DNA of 64,000 nucleotides from Spirochaetia bacterium (lineage in GTDB: Bacteria; Spirochaetota; Spirochaetia; SP-2023), in assembly GCA_965263295.1 (NCBI GenBank), contig OZ253665.1:320001-384000 (forward strand), written 5' to 3'. Numbering within the stretch: position 1 is the first letter of the stretch; each line of letters starts with the position of its first letter. The translations under genes and the position numbers were made by a program. The notes beneath the pieces were generated by a model. The model was not told where the DNA came from. It made no database searches and saw nothing but the letters and a program-made list of their open reading frames with translations. Below are positions 20,913 to 30,733 of the stretch, one piece after another.

Positions 20913-23198
20913 TTAGCCAAACAGCAGTCGGCTGAATTGAAAAAACATTAGGCTGGCGACGTAGGGTATAAGGAGGTAGGCAAAGGTTACACCCGTGACA
21001 AATTTGGCGCCAAATTCCTGGCGCATTGCCCCCAGCACTACGATGCAGGGAACTACGAGCAAGATGAAGATGGCAAAGCTCAGCGAGCGGATCGGTGCCA
21101 ACGGGTCGCCTTGCCAGAGATCGCGGACGGCACCGATAATGCCGCGGCCGTAGTCCGATTCGATGGCGCTCTCCGAACTCCCGCTAATGAAGCCAATAAT
21201 GTCAAAATGGAAGGCCTCCTGGATGCTTTCCCAGAGTAGGAAGCCCTGTTCGGCTAAACCCACGTGAAAATTGGTGACTGCGTCATCGCTGCCAGCTTCG
21301 GGCGCTGTGCTACCACCCATGAATTGACCCAGAGCCGCCAGGGCGCCCTCCTTAGCGATTATGGATGTCGGCATGGCTCCGATTAGTTGCCAACGATTGC
21401 CAAAGCCTAGCGGTTCAAATACGGGTTGAATCCACTTGGCAAAGCTGGCGGCGTAAGACTTTTCGATGTCGCCGTGGGCGGGGAAAAAAGTGAATAGCCA
21501 CAAGGCAATTAGCAACGCTAGAATGCGTGTCGAAGCGCGCTTGACGTAGCTCCAGGTGCGAAAGCCGGCGGTTTTGCCTAGAGACTGGAGCAGGGGCCAG
21601 CGATAAGGGGGCAAGTCTATGACAAAGGCTTTGCCGTCATTTTCGAAATAATGTAGGCGCTTGAGTAATAGACTGACCAGTACGGCTACCAATATGCCCA
21701 GCAGGTACAGGGAGACTACGGCAAAACCGGCCCACGGGCCGAGGAATGTCGCTGTAAATAAACCGAGAACAGGCATGCGTGCGCCGCAAGACATAAAACC
21801 AGCGAGAAAACCTGTGATGCGTTTCTCGCCTTCAGACTCAAGAGTGCGGGTGGCATAAATGGATGGGACGTTACAGCCAAACCCCATGAACAGCGGGATC
21901 AGGGATTTTCCAGAAACACCCATGCGTGCCATGCCGCGGTCGGCCATAAAAGCAATGCGCATCATGTAGCCACTTTCTTCCATAATACCGATCAGAATAT
22001 ACAGAATTAACATCAATGGTGTAAAGCTTAAGATCAGACCGAGGCCGGTCAATATGCCGTCGCGGATTAATGAGTTAAGCCAGAATGGCGCGTTGCCAGT
22101 TATCTTGCCGACTTGATCGTATAGAAAGCCCGAAAAGAACTGGTCCACAAAGCCAATAAAAGGATCGGCGAAGCTAAAGGTAATACTAAATACGATCAGC
22201 ATGGAAAATATGCCTAAAAAGGGTCCTAAAACGGGATGCAAGAGGACGTGGTCGGCCTTTTCGCTGTGGCTGAGGCGATGCTTGTCTTGTCCGCGAAACA
22301 AGCACTTTTGGGCGACTTCAGATGCCCGTTCCTTGAACCGCAGGAAACGTTGTTCAAAGTATTGATAATTGTGTTTTGGTTCTAGTTCATTGGTAGCGGC
22401 CTCCAGCAAGCCTAATTGCCGGTTCAGATTGGGCCGTTCACTCTCGGGCAGAATTTCCTGCAGGTTTTGCAGGCGGAGCAACTGTGGGAATTCGGCAAAA
22501 ATCTCGTGCCAGGTCAAAGGAGGAGGGGAGGCGTCTTGGCGCTGCGCCGCTTGTAAAACTTCAGCCAGGTTCGGCTGGCTCAGTAAATCTCTTTTAAGCA
22601 TGATGCGCCAGCCGGTTTGGTTTTTTGTGGATTGGGCTGTGACCTGGCTGTACAGTTGTTGTATTTTCTCCTTCAATTTGTCGACACCCGTTCTCAAACG
22701 GGCGGAAACCATCACGACGGGGTAAGCTAATTCGGCTTCCAGAGCCTGAGTATCAATGGTCCAGCCAAGTTTTTCCAATTCGTCGGCAAAGTTCAAGGCT
22801 ATAATCATGGGCACGTCCATGCTCTGGAATAACTCCCGCAGGCGCAAGGTCAGGCTTAAATTCTCGCGCAGATTGGATGCTTCGACGACGTTGACGCAGA
22901 CGGCCAGACTCTCGTCGAATAAAAAGTTACTGGCAATACATTGATCCTGGGTACTGCAGGAAGTGTCTCGGAGGCCAGGCAAGTCCATGAGATGCAGGTT
23001 TTGAGTTTGACCCTGCCATTGCCACTGAGTGTGGGCTTCGTAGCGTTCTACGGTGACACCCTGCCAGTTGCCCACGCGCAAACGGCTGCCGGCAAGGGCG
23101 TTAATCAGGGCGCTTTTGCCTACATTAGGCTTGCCACAAAACGCGATTACCGGGCGGCTGGCGGCACTTGTTTTTTCGTTAGTGTCTTCATTGGTCAT
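20913..23198 (-). CDS. feoB: Ferrous iron transporter B
   Basis: G1 GKPNVGKS, VGNWQGVTVE, DLPG; EESGYM.R.AF; GFGCNVP and FMSCGARMP gate motifs. Confidence 0.97.
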   Translation of the reverse strand: MTNEDTNEKTSAASRPVIAFCGKPNVGKSALINALAGSRLRVGNWQGVTVERYEAHTQWQWQGQTQNLHLMDLPGLRDTSCSTQDQCIASNFLFDESLAVCVNVVEASNLRENLSLTLRLRELFQSMDVPMIIALNFADELEKLGWTIDTQALEAELAYPVVMVSARLRTGVDKLKEKIQQLYSQVTAQSTKNQTGWRIMLKRDLLSQPNLAEVLQAAQRQDASPPPLTWHEIFAEFPQLLRLQNLQEILPESERPNLNRQLGLLEAATNELEPKHNYQYFEQRFLRFKERASEVAQKCLFRGQDKHRLSHSEKADHVLLHPVLGPFLGIFSMLIVFSITFSFADPFIGFVDQFFSGFLYDQVGKITGNAPFWLNSLIRDGILTGLGLILSFTPLMLILYILIGIMEESGYMMRIAFMADRGMARMGVSGKSLIPLFMGFGCNVPSIYATRTLESEGEKRITGFLAGFMSCGARMPVLGLFTATFLGPWAGFAVVSLYLLGILVAVLVSLLLKRLHYFENDGKAFVIDLPPYRWPLLQSLGKTAGFRTWSYVKRASTRILALLIALWLFTFFPAHGDIEKSYAASFAKWIQPVFEPLGFGNRWQLIGAMPTSIIAKEGALAALGQFMGGSTAPEAGSDDAVTNFHVGLAEQGFLLWESIQEAFHFDIIGFISGSSESAIESDYGRGIIGAVRDLWQGDPLAPIRSLSFAIFILLVVPCIVVLGAMRQEFGAKFVTGVTFAYLLIPYVASLMFFQFSRLLFG

Positions 23199-23252
23199 TA
23201 ATTTATTCCTTTTCGCATTGTTATGGTCTAAGTGCCTAGCGCTAGGGGTTGA

Positions 23253-23498
23253 CTAATGGTTTGATTGAATATTGGGCAATAACTCAATTTGAATTTTCTG
23301 GGCAATATTTTTGCGTATTGCCACCATGTTGTCGCCAATTAGAAACGCTAACGGGTTGCCCAGCGGGGCTCTGCGCAAGAAACGAACTTCTGAGTTCAAA
23401 CTGACTTCCAGATTGAGAAGTTTACGGCGCAGCCCGACATCTCCATCAATTCTGACAATGCGGGCAATGTCACCTTTTTCCAACTGATTAAGGGTCAT
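23253..23498 (-). CDS. feoA: Ferrous iron transport protein A
   Basis: MTLNQLEKGD..RRKLLNL..RRAPLGNPL..AIRK; start moved to ATG 23498, which has an AGGAG RBS. Confidence 0.92.
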   Translation of the reverse strand: MTLNQLEKGDIARIVRIDGDVGLRRKLLNLEVSLNSEVRFLRRAPLGNPLAFLIGDNMVAIRKNIAQKIQIELLPNIQSNH

Positions 23499-23722
23499 AG
23501 GAAGCTCCTGAATATGGTATTGTGGCACAACTTCAATGTGCTGAGTCGCAATGTTGAATTGAGACTCTCTGTTTCTCAATGTTAAAATATGCAATAAAAT
23601 AGTTTATATTAAATTTTTAATTGTTGTGACATTTTGATAAAATTGGTGGTTGAATTACCTTACTCGGCAAGGGAAGCCAAAGTTTGTAAAGACCAAATCA
23701 CACAGATGGAAAAGATAGCACC

Positions 23723-23741
23723 ATTGATATTCATTGTCAAT
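23723..23741. promoter_or_regulatory. Fur-box-like palindrome upstream of feoA
   Basis: tgatatt-c-attgtca (23725-23739) has 2 mismatches to the 7-1-7 TGATAAT-N-ATTATCA; palindromic flanks. Confidence 0.6.
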
Positions 23742-23957
23742 ATCTTAACATAAATATCTGCGAAAATTGTTATTTGGAGGCATTTTGAATATTAAACTTT
23801 CAATGGTTGTGGCAGTCTCCCAAAATTTAGAGCTAGGCTTCCTAGCCTTTTGGTCGATTCTTGCTTATTATAGCCGCGAATATGCTTCCGGTTCGCAGCG
23901 CCCTCGTCTTTGTATCCCGGCGCCTGGAGCCGCCTTTGCCGATTACAGGAGATACTT

Positions 23958-25394
23958 GTGAATATTGATTTTCCCAAATTGATTTATTACGACCAGGATT
24001 TTATCCAAGCTTATCAGAAAACCTGGTTGAATTTAGAAGACTTCTGGAGTCCGAATCCCAAGGACGCCAGATCGTATTTTTTTCACAAGCCTGATTCTAG
24101 CGTTTTAAATCAATTTGAGGTCACGATGTCCGCATTCTCGTTGGTATATCAAGGCAAGCCTCAGCTAACGGTGCAACAGGTCGACTATTTTTACCAACAG
24201 CAGGAAGAAAACGGAGCCATTCGGGCCAATTATGATTTTAAAAGTGGTGCGGTAGTCGAACAAGAAGGCAACCCAGAGAATGTCAATCCCCCTCTGTTTG
24301 CTTGGCTAGAGTTTCATCTCTATTATAAGGTGGGATTGAAAAAGCGTATTCAGGAAATTTTTCCAAAGTTGGAGCGATATTTTCAGTGGATTGATGGCCA
24401 GTTCCGCGATGAAGAACTGGGCCTACTGAGGGCGCCGTTGGCCGCCGTTGGCTGGCAGAACTCGGTACGGCAGAAAGACGGGGCCGTTTACCTGATTGAC
24501 TTCAACGCTCAGCAATTGCTTAATGCTCATTACATGGCCATTATTGGTGACTTGCTCAACGATAAGGAAATAGCTTTCCGTTATCGGAAATACTATTTCT
24601 CGCTGAAAACTCGGATCATGAATCTGATGTGGGACCCTGCAAAGAAATTTTTTTATGATTTGGATGCCCAAGCTAAGCCAATTGCTTCGGCGACTCTTTG
24701 TAGTTATTGGATTATGCTCAGCGAAGTGCTGAATGAAGAGCGCTTGGAGCAGCTCATTGCAAAATTGAAGGATCCAGAGTGGTTTGGTTCGGATAACCCT
24801 TTCCCATGTTTGGCGCAGCATCACCCCGAATTTAGTCCCGAAGGCCGGGGCCACCATGGTTCGGTGTATCCAGAGCTCAGTTTTGTGGTGATCAAGGGTC
24901 TGGAAGTTTATCAGTATTATCGCCAGGCCCGTGAATTTGCCATTATGCACATGTACCATATACTTGATACATACTTTCTGGAGAGTGAATTTCAGCATGG
25001 TTTCTGGCAAGCGTACATGCCGTATGAAAATAAGCCCGCACTGGTCATCGAGTCGAACAGTCAGGACCGCATGGTGCAAGCCAGCGGTAATTTTGCCCAC
25101 ATGATTTCCTTAATTACAGTCAACCTGTTCATTGAGACGATTATCGGTTTAAATATCAGCTTGCCGCGCAAGACAGTGGACTGGGTGGTTCCGACTCTGG
25201 AAGAAATGGGGGTCCGGAATTTGTCCCTGCGGCGCAATATTATTTCGATCCAAACGCGCAAGAGTGTGCGTGGTTGGGAAATTCGTCTGGAGTCGGAGAA
25301 ACTATACTATTTTACAGTGGATATCCTGGACTACAAAAAAAAGACCTTACCCATTCCTTCGGGTAAATGTTCAATGTTGGTGGATAAGTTGTAA
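23958..25394 (+). CDS. (alpha/alpha)6 glycoside hydrolase-like protein (GH63/MGH1 or trehalase-like), possibly non-catalytic
   Basis: NPPLFAW, LERYFQW, GWQNSVR, MWDP.KKFFYD, FGSDNPFP, GSVYP and FWQAY; start moved to GTG 23958 with AGGAG RBS. Confidence 0.7.
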   Translation: MNIDFPKLIYYDQDFIQAYQKTWLNLEDFWSPNPKDARSYFFHKPDSSVLNQFEVTMSAFSLVYQGKPQLTVQQVDYFYQQQEENGAIRANYDFKSGAVVEQEGNPENVNPPLFAWLEFHLYYKVGLKKRIQEIFPKLERYFQWIDGQFRDEELGLLRAPLAAVGWQNSVRQKDGAVYLIDFNAQQLLNAHYMAIIGDLLNDKEIAFRYRKYYFSLKTRIMNLMWDPAKKFFYDLDAQAKPIASATLCSYWIMLSEVLNEERLEQLIAKLKDPEWFGSDNPFPCLAQHHPEFSPEGRGHHGSVYPELSFVVIKGLEVYQYYRQAREFAIMHMYHILDTYFLESEFQHGFWQAYMPYENKPALVIESNSQDRMVQASGNFAHMISLITVNLFIETIIGLNISLPRKTVDWVVPTLEEMGVRNLSLRRNIISIQTRKSVRGWEIRLESEKLYYFTVDILDYKKKTLPIPSGKCSMLVDKL

Positions 25395-25409
25395 GGTAGA
25401 TAGTTTCAT

Positions 25410-26048
25410 ATGATTACTAATTTTAGTCTTACATCGCAAATTTTTGCGTTGCTGTATCATTTGCTAAATATTTATTACTTCATGGTTCTAATGCGCGTTG
25501 TGCTTAGTTGGTTTGTCAATAGCTATACTTTGGAGCGTCACTCATTCGGTTACTGGCTGTGTTTATTGACCGACCGTTTCCTCGGTTTTTTCCGGCGTTT
25601 ACCTTTTGCCGTGCTGGGCGGAGTCATAGATATTTCCCCGATCTTTGCCTTGTTGTCGATCAATCTGCTGCAGCGCTTTGTGCGCGGGTTGGGGGCTACG
25701 CAAAGCGCGTCTTTTGGCGTGGTGTTTGTGGGAATGCTTTTTCAGCTTTTGCTGGGGGCTGTTTCAATTGTGAAAACCGCAGTTCTCATCGTCACCTTGA
25801 TTTTATTATTCAGATTGTTGCATCTGCTGTTTAGCAAGCGGGCGAGCTACAATGTGGTATTGAGTCATATAGATTTTTACATTCGCAAACTGGTGCAGGG
25901 CCCTTTGTCTTTTCTAAATATTTCTAGCGGCAATTTTGGCATGCAGGTCACGGCACTATTTGTGATAGCTGTGCTGCTAACTTTTGCGCTTTCTTTAGGC
26001 GAGTCTGCCTTGGGTGCCTTTTTCTTGCGCGTTTTAGCGAATTTATAA
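25410..26048 (+). CDS. YggT-family membrane protein
   Basis: RVVLSWF...LTDRFL..FRR...IDISPI motif. Confidence 0.85.
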   Translation: MITNFSLTSQIFALLYHLLNIYYFMVLMRVVLSWFVNSYTLERHSFGYWLCLLTDRFLGFFRRLPFAVLGGVIDISPIFALLSINLLQRFVRGLGATQSASFGVVFVGMLFQLLLGAVSIVKTAVLIVTLILLFRLLHLLFSKRASYNVVLSHIDFYIRKLVQGPLSFLNISSGNFGMQVTALFVIAVLLTFALSLGESALGAFFLRVLANL

Positions 26049-26052
26049 TGGC

Positions 26053-26940
26053 TTAGCTCATTGTCTGCTTGGCCTCTTGCCACAGGGCTTCCATTTCGTC
26101 TAGGCTGCTCTCTTGCAGTGAGCGGCCCTGGGCGGCCAACTGCTGTTCAATGTACTCAAAGCGGCGTCGAAACTTTTGGGCACTGCGCTCCAGGGCTAAC
26201 TCTGGGTTCAGAGAATGGACGCGGGCCATGTTGACCACGCTGAAAAGCAGGTCTCCGAGCTCCTCTTCTAGCCTTTGATCCTGTGTTTGGGGTTGTGAAT
26301 TTGGCAATAGCTCTTGCTGGAATTCGGCCAATTCTTCGGCAATCTTGTCGGCGCTGTCTCGACTGGCTGACTCAGCTGGCCAGTCAAAGCCCAACTGAGC
26401 CGCCCTTTGCTGCAGTTTCAAGGCATATAATAGGCAGGATGCTCCCTGATGGATGGCGCCTAGTAGCGATGGCGTTTGATCTCTGGTCCGGAGATTGGAC
26501 TCTTCGTCTTCTTTGATTTTCTGCCAGTTACTTAGGGCTTGCTCGGCATTGTCGGCATGAGCTGTGCCGAATACATGTGGATGGCGACGGATCAGCTTGG
26601 CCCGCAAATCAGTGATTACCTGGTTGAGGAAGTGGCTTGGGCCAAACTGCGCTTGGCGCCCAGCGCTGTCCGGGGTTTGTTGAGAATTGGCAATGTCGCT
26701 CAGAAGTATTATATTTAGCAGCAAGTCGCCCAGCTCTTCGCGCAAATGCGGCAGGTCTCTGCAGTTAATGCTGTCTATGACTTCCCAAGATTCTTCTAGC
26801 AGGCAGGAGCGCATACTCTCCAGAGTTTGTGCGCGATCCCAGGGACAGCCGTCAGGGCCTCGCAGCTGGGCAACGACTTGCAGCAATCGCTCAAATACGA
26901 CACGGATATCTGACTGCTGTGGGCTTACTTTTGTATCCAT
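26053..26940 (-). CDS. mazG: Nucleoside triphosphate pyrophosphohydrolase MazG
   Basis: LRGPDGCPWDRAQT, EELGDLL, KLIRRHPHVF, GFDW and a second EELGDLLF. Confidence 0.95.
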   Translation of the reverse strand: MDTKVSPQQSDIRVVFERLLQVVAQLRGPDGCPWDRAQTLESMRSCLLEESWEVIDSINCRDLPHLREELGDLLLNIILLSDIANSQQTPDSAGRQAQFGPSHFLNQVITDLRAKLIRRHPHVFGTAHADNAEQALSNWQKIKEDEESNLRTRDQTPSLLGAIHQGASCLLYALKLQQRAAQLGFDWPAESASRDSADKIAEELAEFQQELLPNSQPQTQDQRLEEELGDLLFSVVNMARVHSLNPELALERSAQKFRRRFEYIEQQLAAQGRSLQESSLDEMEALWQEAKQTMS

Positions 26941-27042
26941 AATATTCTCCCCTCCCTACATCTATCTATAGAGGTGTTTTTTCTCTAAAATCATCGGTAG
27001 TTGGTTTAGAGTAAATTTGAATCAAGCTAGGTGAAAATGAGG

Positions 27043-27095
27043 GTTTATGCAAGTCCCTCCAAACATTTGTTTTGGCCATAAAAACTTGCATAAAC
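27043..27095. repeat. 53-bp element bounded by a perfect 12-bp inverted repeat
   Basis: gtttatgcaagt (27043-27054) / acttgcataaac (27084-27095); inner ccaaa/tttgg pairing. Confidence 0.85.
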
Positions 27096-27111
27096 AATTG
27101 CATGGAAATTT

Positions 27112-27630
27112 GTGGTGAATGACGAGAACAACTGCTTTGAGTGTAAGGAGAAATGGCACAGCTGTAGCCCGCGCAACAAAGCCCTAAGGTTTTTAAGCAT
27201 AATCTGGTGCGGATCTTTGGTTATGTTAGCCCTAGTGATCTCGGCTTGTCTGGATACGAGTCAAGAAAGTTTTGCAGTGCGCAATACGTATTGGACTGGA
27301 GAGACCCCAATTCCTGAGTATTTTATAGCTACAGGTCCGCCTATAGATATAAAAATAAGATTTGGAGTGAGCCAAGTACATATCTCTTATGGGAATTCTA
27401 CTTACGATGCCTCTTATACTCACGATGCCCGCCAACTTCAGGGCGGTATTTTCATTGAGGATTTTAAGTTCGATGACGGCAGCTCAAAAGATGTCTTCTG
27501 GCTGTTTACAGTGGCAAAAGATACGCGATCAATGTCGCTTACAATGTTCCCCGCCGATCCGAGCATTAGCTGGTCTCTTTTCAGCCTCCCTGGTGAATAT
27601 CCGAAGGTATCGGTGGTATTATCACGCTAA
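27112..27630 (+). CDS. Hypothetical lipoprotein
   Basis: Basic then hydrophobic segment ending LVISA-C (Cys codon 27247); small beta-rich mature domain; start uncertain. Confidence 0.55.
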   Translation: MVNDENNCFECKEKWHSCSPRNKALRFLSIIWCGSLVMLALVISACLDTSQESFAVRNTYWTGETPIPEYFIATGPPIDIKIRFGVSQVHISYGNSTYDASYTHDARQLQGGIFIEDFKFDDGSSKDVFWLFTVAKDTRSMSLTMFPADPSISWSLFSLPGEYPKVSVVLSR

Positions 27631-27848
27631 AATTGAAGATGCCAGCCGCCTGCAACTTATGTGGCCCCCAGCTGAGACCTGTTGGAGACCTAGCGAGCCA
27701 AAAGGACGCGGCGACAAACATTTTCAGTAATTTTAATTCGGTCTTGATAAGTTTGCCTTGACAGAGAACCTTTTCATGTTGAATTCTTTTATTGTTTTTG
27801 TTATAAACTCAGCAGATTTTTGCAGCAGGTATACATGAGGAACCCACG

Positions 27849-28976
27849 ATGGAGCAAGACCTTTCCCTGGCTCTGGTCACCTGTCCCGGGGGGGCGGCCT
27901 TTGCCAAAAAAATCGACCATTATTTGTATTCGCGTTACACCAATGCCAAACTTTCAGGTACTATCCATCCCCAAAGTTTTCTCGTCCCCTGTGAACATAC
28001 TGTGTTTGCTAACGGTGAAGTTAAAGCTTCGGTTGGGTCTTCTATTCGGGGCAAGAATGTTTTTATCATTCAAGATGTAACTAATAATCAGCCAATTACA
28101 ATCAACGGCAAGCTGCACCAGTTTTCCATCAACGACCACTTGCTATCGTTATTTGTAACCTTGGATGCCGTTTACAGTAGTGATGTCGAGCAAATATCCC
28201 TGATATTACCATATTTTCCTTACAGCCGGCAACACGTGCGCAAGGGCCGTGAAGGCCTGGCCGCCGCTCGTATTTCACGGCAGCTGGAAGACCTTGGCGC
28301 CAAGCGTATCATTACCTTGGATATCCACTGCAAGGAAATTGAAAACGCCTTTCACAAAACTAATTTGGAGGATTTACACGCTTCATATCAGATCATGCGA
28401 GAGCTGCTTTATAAGGTGAAGCGCAAAGATCTGATGATTGTTTCACCGGATGTCGGTGGGCTCGGACGCAATCGTTTCTTTGCCAATGCCCTCGGCTGTC
28501 CCCTCGGGGCCATATATAAGGAGCGCGACTACAGCCGTGTCTCGGCTAATGCCGAGGATAATAATATTATCAATATGCGCCTGCTGGGGGATGTCCAGGG
28601 GGCTACCGTGTTTATTGCGGACGACATTTTGGGCACGGGCGGCACTATGATTAAGGCCATGCGCATCCTTAAAGAACATGGCGCGAAAGATATACTTTTA
28701 GGTATATCCTTGCCGCTGTTTAATGGCGATTCTATTGAGCATTGTGACAAGGCGTATGAAGAAGGTTTGTTTTCGTATCTGATCGGTACTAACGGGGTTA
28801 TGTTGCCACCAGAAGTGCTTACCAAGCCTTGGTTTGTCGAGGCTGATGTCTCGAAATTTTTCGGCCAAGTCATCGACCATATCTATCATAACCATTCTGT
28901 GACTCACCTGTTGGATAACCGCGAAATGATTTTGCGTCTTTTTTCCCGCCATCCCAAGCTGGCGCAAGAAGACTGA
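27849..28976 (+). CDS. prs: Ribose-phosphate pyrophosphokinase
   Basis: FANGEVK, PYFPYSRQ, TLDIH, VSPDVGG and ADDILGTGGT motifs. Confidence 0.95.
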   Translation: MEQDLSLALVTCPGGAAFAKKIDHYLYSRYTNAKLSGTIHPQSFLVPCEHTVFANGEVKASVGSSIRGKNVFIIQDVTNNQPITINGKLHQFSINDHLLSLFVTLDAVYSSDVEQISLILPYFPYSRQHVRKGREGLAAARISRQLEDLGAKRIITLDIHCKEIENAFHKTNLEDLHASYQIMRELLYKVKRKDLMIVSPDVGGLGRNRFFANALGCPLGAIYKERDYSRVSANAEDNNIINMRLLGDVQGATVFIADDILGTGGTMIKAMRILKEHGAKDILLGISLPLFNGDSIEHCDKAYEEGLFSYLIGTNGVMLPPEVLTKPWFVEADVSKFFGQVIDHIYHNHSVTHLLDNREMILRLFSRHPKLAQED

Positions 28977-28982
28977 TTTTTT

Positions 28983-30566
28983 GTGATCCTAGCCTGCGAT
29001 ATCGGCACTACCTATACTAAATGGGCACTGCTGTGCAATCCGCGGGAAGAGAAGCTAGGCCAGCCTATTGTTTATACTAGCCACCGTAAGTATTTGCCTC
29101 TTGAACGACAAAACGGTGAAAGCTGGCGGGCTCTACTTCAAGATATTGCTTTAATTCTCAGGCTTGTAAGTGATCCTGCTTATGCAGCTGCCAGGTTTCC
29201 AGGCTCTTGCGTGTCGGCTTCTGACATTGCGACTGTACGGCGCCTGGAAGCTCTCAGTTTCTCCAGTCATGGTCCCAGTCTGCTGGCCATTGACCGCGAT
29301 GGCCAGCCTATTGCCAGCTGTCATAACCCTGTGCATCGCACTGATCCCGGCCTTGCACAGTACCGCAGGGGGGCTTCTTTTTACCTGCCGCTGGCCCGGG
29401 CCCTGTGGGACCGTTTAAGCCTAGAGCAGCGCGGCCAGGTGGCTTGTATTCTCCCTCCGGCCAATTACATGTGCTACCTACTCGGCGGCGCTCTTTGTGT
29501 CCCTATCCCACGACACTATCAGAATTTTTACTGGCCCGAAGCCACACAGGAAGGCACAGAGGCAGAGATTAAAATAAACAGCAGTGTCAAAGATGCAGAG
29601 CTTTTACCTCTTTTGCCTCGGCTCTGCGACTTTAGTGCCAGCGTTGGGCGGGTACAGGTTTCAGCCCTGCGTCTACACGGCTTGCCGCCAGAGTTGGAGG
29701 CCCTGCCACTGTTCTGCCCTGGTGTGGATTTTTTTGCCGCCGAAGCGGGTCTGAGTCACAGCTGCGATACTCTATTGCGCAATCGTACTGGTACCTCCGA
29801 AGGATTTAATCTCTTTCTGCCGCGACATTATACGATTGATGCAGAAGCCAAGAGTTTGCGAAATCCGCCCGGCTATTTCCTAAATTACCATGTGATCAAT
29901 AAGCGGCCCGTCCTCTCTTACGTACAGGAAGGTAGTGGCAAGCTATTCGGGCAGTTATTTGAACTTTGGCAAGCCTACAAGCAGCTTCCATCTGGAGGTC
30001 TGCCCGCAAAACCGGAGCCTTGTTCTCTAGCCGGCTTTGTGAAGGCCGAAACGCATGCCAATGCTCCGCATTGTTCAGCTTGGCAACGTAGTCAGGAAAA
30101 CCTGATGTTGCAGGAAATTATTTTAAATGCTAGCTCAAATGAGCTGCGTAGGGCAGAACAGTATGCACAGAACTTTGTCCAGGCCAGACACCCGATTAGC
30201 GAATTTTTGAGTTCTCTTTCAGACGCTTTTCCTGTCGTTGAATTTCCCTTGTTGGGATTGTATGGAATTCAATTGTTGGTACAGTTTTTTGTGTGGCACA
30301 GTCAGATCATATTTGAATTGTACAGGCAATATTCTGGCAGGCCATTCTGCCAAGAGCGGCAAGCCCTGCTTTCGGGAGGGCAGGCCTATTATCCGGTTTG
30401 GCTGAATTGGAAGGCCCGACAAAGCGGCATTGTCATTCATACACCGAGTATTTGTGATGCCGAATTTATTGGAGCGGCTGCGATCTGCTACTACCGTTTG
30501 GGATATTTTGACTCCATTGAAATGGCCAGCAAACATTTACTTAAAATTTCATACACCTACACCTAA
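28983..30566 (+). CDS. Divergent FGGY-family carbohydrate kinase
   Basis: ILACDIGTT (phosphate-1), SFSSHGPSLLAID..G, GVDFFAA, RTGTSEG, SGGQA and AEFIGAA. Confidence 0.7.
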   Translation: MILACDIGTTYTKWALLCNPREEKLGQPIVYTSHRKYLPLERQNGESWRALLQDIALILRLVSDPAYAAARFPGSCVSASDIATVRRLEALSFSSHGPSLLAIDRDGQPIASCHNPVHRTDPGLAQYRRGASFYLPLARALWDRLSLEQRGQVACILPPANYMCYLLGGALCVPIPRHYQNFYWPEATQEGTEAEIKINSSVKDAELLPLLPRLCDFSASVGRVQVSALRLHGLPPELEALPLFCPGVDFFAAEAGLSHSCDTLLRNRTGTSEGFNLFLPRHYTIDAEAKSLRNPPGYFLNYHVINKRPVLSYVQEGSGKLFGQLFELWQAYKQLPSGGLPAKPEPCSLAGFVKAETHANAPHCSAWQRSQENLMLQEIILNASSNELRRAEQYAQNFVQARHPISEFLSSLSDAFPVVEFPLLGLYGIQLLVQFFVWHSQIIFELYRQYSGRPFCQERQALLSGGQAYYPVWLNWKARQSGIVIHTPSICDAEFIGAAAICYYRLGYFDSIEMASKHLLKISYTYT

Positions 30567-30733
30567 TTTTTTTAAGATTCACAGTTTTTTTATAAAAAAT
30601 GGCCCTGAAATATAATTCTTTGCCAATATCATCAAACAAAATATTTATACAGAGTAAATATCAGCTTCAAACTATAACAATTAAATAATATATAATATTT
30701 TATACTGCAAGTAGTTTTTATTGATTGTCTTTA

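Noticed and set aside
27625..27735. Element after the lipoprotein gene as an integron attC site or ykkC/PRPP riboswitch
   Set aside because: No RYYYAAC...GTTRRRY ends and no integrase; the conserved ykkC 5' core (CUAGGGUUCCG-like) is absent.
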